Positions 60,915-64,000 of a stretch of 64,000 bases of DNA are shown here, piece after piece. Under the pieces are notes generated by a model. It was given only the letters and a program-made list of their open reading frames with translations, was not told the DNA's origin and did no database searches. The stretch is from Squalus acanthias (Eukaryota), in contig CM059432.1 in assembly GCA_030390025.1 (NCBI GenBank), positions 76,696,001-76,760,000 of the forward strand, written 5' to 3'. The stretch's first letter is position 1. Each line of letters opens with the position of its first letter. The position numbers were made by a program, and so were the translations under genes.

Positions 60915-62063
60915 AGGTACTCCCACAGTGCTGTTAGGGAGGGCGTTCCAGGATTTTGACCCAGCAACTATGAAGGAACAGCAATATATTTCCAAGTCAG
61001 GATGATGTGTGACTTGGAGGGGAACTTGGAGGTGGTGGTGTTCCCATGCGCCTGCTGCCCTTGTCCTTCTAGGTGGTAGAGGTCGCGGGTTTGGGAGCTG
61101 CTGTCGAAGAAACCTTGGCGAGTTGCTGCAGTGCATCTTGTAGATGGTACACACTGTAGCCACATTGCGTCGGTAGTGGAGGGAGTGAGGGGGATAAATT
61201 CGGCTCCTTTGCGTCTCTCGTTAGCACCTGGGGGGCGATAACGGGGTGCTAAGGGGTCAGCGACCGGGCGCGGTGAATTCAGCGAAGCCCGCGAACTTCC
61301 CTGCCGGTTTAGCGCTGGCGCTAACACTTACCACCTCGCCCTCTAGCGCCTCACAGATTATGATGTCATAAAGTGCGCAGTGCCCCGTTACCGCCCCGGA
61401 TGTGAAATTGCCTCCCGCCCCCTGCTGTATCACCAGGTGTTAACAACGGCAGCAACAGGAGGCGTTGTCACCTCGGCTGGCCACTTGGGGAGCGCTAATT
61501 AAAAGCAGTGGTTTTCAGCTAGGCCAAACTTTATTCTTTGCACCAGTCTGGTGCCTGCTGAAAGTTTTCGATGCTTTATTGCTGCGAGATGTCCAAGCCC
61601 TCCACTCTCTGAGAGTGTTTGGGGCTGTAATGGCAGTTGCGCAGGTCGCCTGGCAACACAGAACTGAGCAGAAGTATGTTGTGCACCATTATTGGTCCTT
61701 CCCTTTAAGCGAGGGAAGCAGCCTCCGATGCCGGTATCTTTGCACTCCACATTGTTTAGCGCTCTGTCGCTACTGCCCCGTTCTTGCACTTTAACGCCCT
61801 AAGAGAAGTAGCTAGCGCTTAATTTAGTGCTCCACTTCCCTCTTGGAGTGCTAAAGCTCAATTTCCCGGGACCAGTAAATGATTATCGCCTGGCGATACT
61901 TTTCCGAGATTTCAAAAGTTATCGCCCCAAACGGGGCGCTACGGAATTTCTAGCCCTGAATGCTTCTGGTGGTGGATGGGGTGCTGACCAAGTGGGCTGC
62001 TTTGCCCTGGATGGTGTCGAGCTTCTTGAGTGTTGTTGGAGCTGCACTCATCCAGGCAAGTGG
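60915..62063 (-). mobile_element. CR1/L2-group LINE ORF2 C-terminal fragment, split by a MITE
   Basis: After removing 61189-61959 the minus strand reads PLAWMSAAPTTLKKLDTIQGKAAHLVSTPSTTRSIHSLHYRRNVATVCTIYKMHCSNSPRFL...SFIVAGSKSWNALP in one frame. Confidence 0.85.
61189..61956. mobile_element. MITE (768 bp), PIF/Harbinger type, 3-bp TSD TGA
   Basis: Imperfect TIRs GGGGGATAAATTCGG / CGGAATTTCTAGCCC. TGA is duplicated at 61186-61188 and 61957-61959. Excision restores the reading frame of the host LINE. Confidence 0.9.
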
Positions 62064-62485
62064 AAAGATTGTTCCCGCTGCTGCCCTCCAATACTGACCC
62101 ACTGGAGCATACAGTGTCAATAGGAGGGTACCTCACTATCATAGTGCCAGCAGGTGCCCAAACCAGTATGGGCACATCTCAGGCACCGCCAACCCCACTT
62201 GGCTGGAAGCTCAGGTACCTGGCTGCCATTGGTGGTGGGGTGGGAGTTAGAGGGTTGCCTATGCCCCCACCTAGAAAAACCTTTTCCACACCATTCAGCA
62301 CCATTGCCAAGGGAGCCACTAATAGCAATTTGCTTTTTAAAAGCTTGCTTCATCTCAGGGGGGTTGAGGCTGCTTCTCTGGCCTAGACACCCCAGTGAAA
62401 CCCATTTACAACTCTTCTGGAGGCTGATATATCTCATCGCAATGGGTGTACCAGCCTCTGATCTTATACCAAATTCCACTGATAG

Positions 62486-64000
62486 AATAACAATAACAAC
62501 AACAACTTGCATTTATATAGCACCTTTAACATAGTAAAACATCCCAAGGTGCTTCACAGGAGCATTAGCAAACAAAATTTGACACAGAGCCACAAAAGGA
62601 GATATTAGGACAGATGACCAAAAGCTTGGTCAAAGAGGTAGGTTTTAAGGAGCATCTTAAAGGAGGCGAGAGAGGTAGAGAGGCGGAGAGGTTTAGTGAG
62701 GGAATTCCAGGGCTTAGGGCCGAGGCAGCTGAAGGCACAGCCATCAATGGTGGAGTAATTAAAATCAGGAATGCACATGAGGCCAGAATTGGAGGAGCAC
62801 AAAGATCTCGGAGGGTTGTGGGGCTGGAGGAGGTTACAAAGATAGGGAGGGACAAGAACATGAAGGTATTTGAAAACAAGAATGAGACTTTTAAAATTGA
62901 GGTGTTGCCGGGCCGGGAGCCAATGTAGGTCAGCAAGCACAGGGGTGAAGGGTGAATGGGACTTGGTGCGAGTTAGGATATGAGCTGCAGAGTTTTGGAT
63001 GAACTCAAGTTTATGGAGGCTGAAAGATGAGAGGCCAGCCAGGAGAGCATTGGAATAGTCAAGTCTAGAGGTAACAAAGGCAGATGAGCTGAGTCAGGGG
63101 TGGAGTCGGGCGATGTTACGGAGGTGGAAGTAGGCAGACTTTGTGATGGAGCGGATATGTGGTTGGAAGCTCATCTGGGGGTTAAATATGACACCAATAT
63201 TGCAAATGGTCTGGTTCAGCCTCAGACAGTTGCCAGGGAGAGGAATGGAGTTTGTGGCAGAGACCAAAAATAATGGCTTCGTCTTCCCAATATTTAGTTG
63301 GAGAAAATTTCTGCTCATTCAGTACTGGATGTCGGACAAGCAGTCTGACAATTTAGAGACAGTGGAGGGGTCGAGAGAGGTGGTGGGGAGGTAGAGTTGG
63401 GTGTCATCAGCGTACATGTGGAAACTGGTGTTGTGTTTTCGGATGATGTCGCCGAGGAGCAGCATGTAGATGAAAAATAGGAGGGGGCCAAGGATAGATC
63501 CTTGGGGGACACCAGAGGTAACGATGCGGGAGTGAGAAGAGAGGCCATTGCAGGTGACTCTCTGGCTACCATTGGATAGATAAGAATGGAACCAGGCGAG
63601 TGCAGTCCCACCCAGCTGGACGACGGAGGAGAGGCGTTGGAGGAGGATGGTGTGGTCAACCATGTCAAAGGATGCAGACAGGCCGAGAAGAATGAGGAGG
63701 GATAGCTTATCACAGTCACAGTCACATAGGATGTCATTTGTGACTTTGATAAGGGCCATTTAAGTACTGTGGCAGGGCAGAAACCTGATTGGATGGATTC
63801 AAACATGGCATTCCAGGAAAGATTGACATGGATTTGGGAGGCGACAGCATGTTCAAGGACTTTGGAGAGGAAAGGGAGGTTGGAGATGGGGCGGTATTTT
63901 GCAAGGACAGAGGGGTCAAGGGTGGGCTTTTTGAAGAGAGGGGTGATGATGGCAGATTTGAAGGGGAGGGGATAGTGCCTGAGGAGAGGGAACAGTTAAC
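62486..64000 (-). mobile_element. L2 LINE 3' portion (RT and C-terminus, frameshifted), runs off the window
   Basis: An (AAC)n tail is followed by TTGCATTTATATAGCACCTTT on the + strand. Minus ORFs give ALIKVTNDIL...LSASFDMVDH...SGVPQGSILGPLLF...HMYADDTQLY, MSRNFLQLNIGKT and LADLHWLP. Confidence 0.95.

Overview
This is eukaryotic, repeat-dominated DNA with no bacterial-type genes. The CR1, L2, Penelope-type and Harbinger families look like those of a cartilaginous fish; this is inferred from recalled repeat sequences, not from a database search. Bases ~24-49898 are one G-rich, strand-asymmetric satellite with consensus monomer GGGGTGATCGGGGGTCTC (18-20 bp). It is interrupted by two N gaps that enclose a 939-bp non-satellite contig, and by five copies of one ~390-bp CR1 3' fragment that was amplified with the array. 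The array has nested higher-order structure: 0.65-1.1 kb duplications, a ~3 kb unit arranged ABAB, and a ~9-12 kb unit. On the right it grades into ~440 bp ending in AATTTCTAGGCC, which closely resembles the TIRs of two complete MITEs later in the window (54960-55701, 61189-61956). On the left it starts just after a 15-mer that is also found inside one of those MITEs. The best interpretation is a ~50-kb satellite expanded inside a PIF/Harbinger-type MITE. The last 14 kb hold a 5'-truncated CR1 with an uninterrupted RT frame, decayed Harbinger transposase and Myb/SANT-like gene remnants, two MITEs, L2 and other LINE fragments, a Penelope-type palindrome with a hammerhead-like core, and one weak host-exon candidate. 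The Pro-rich and Gly-rich ORFs in the track are translations of the satellite.
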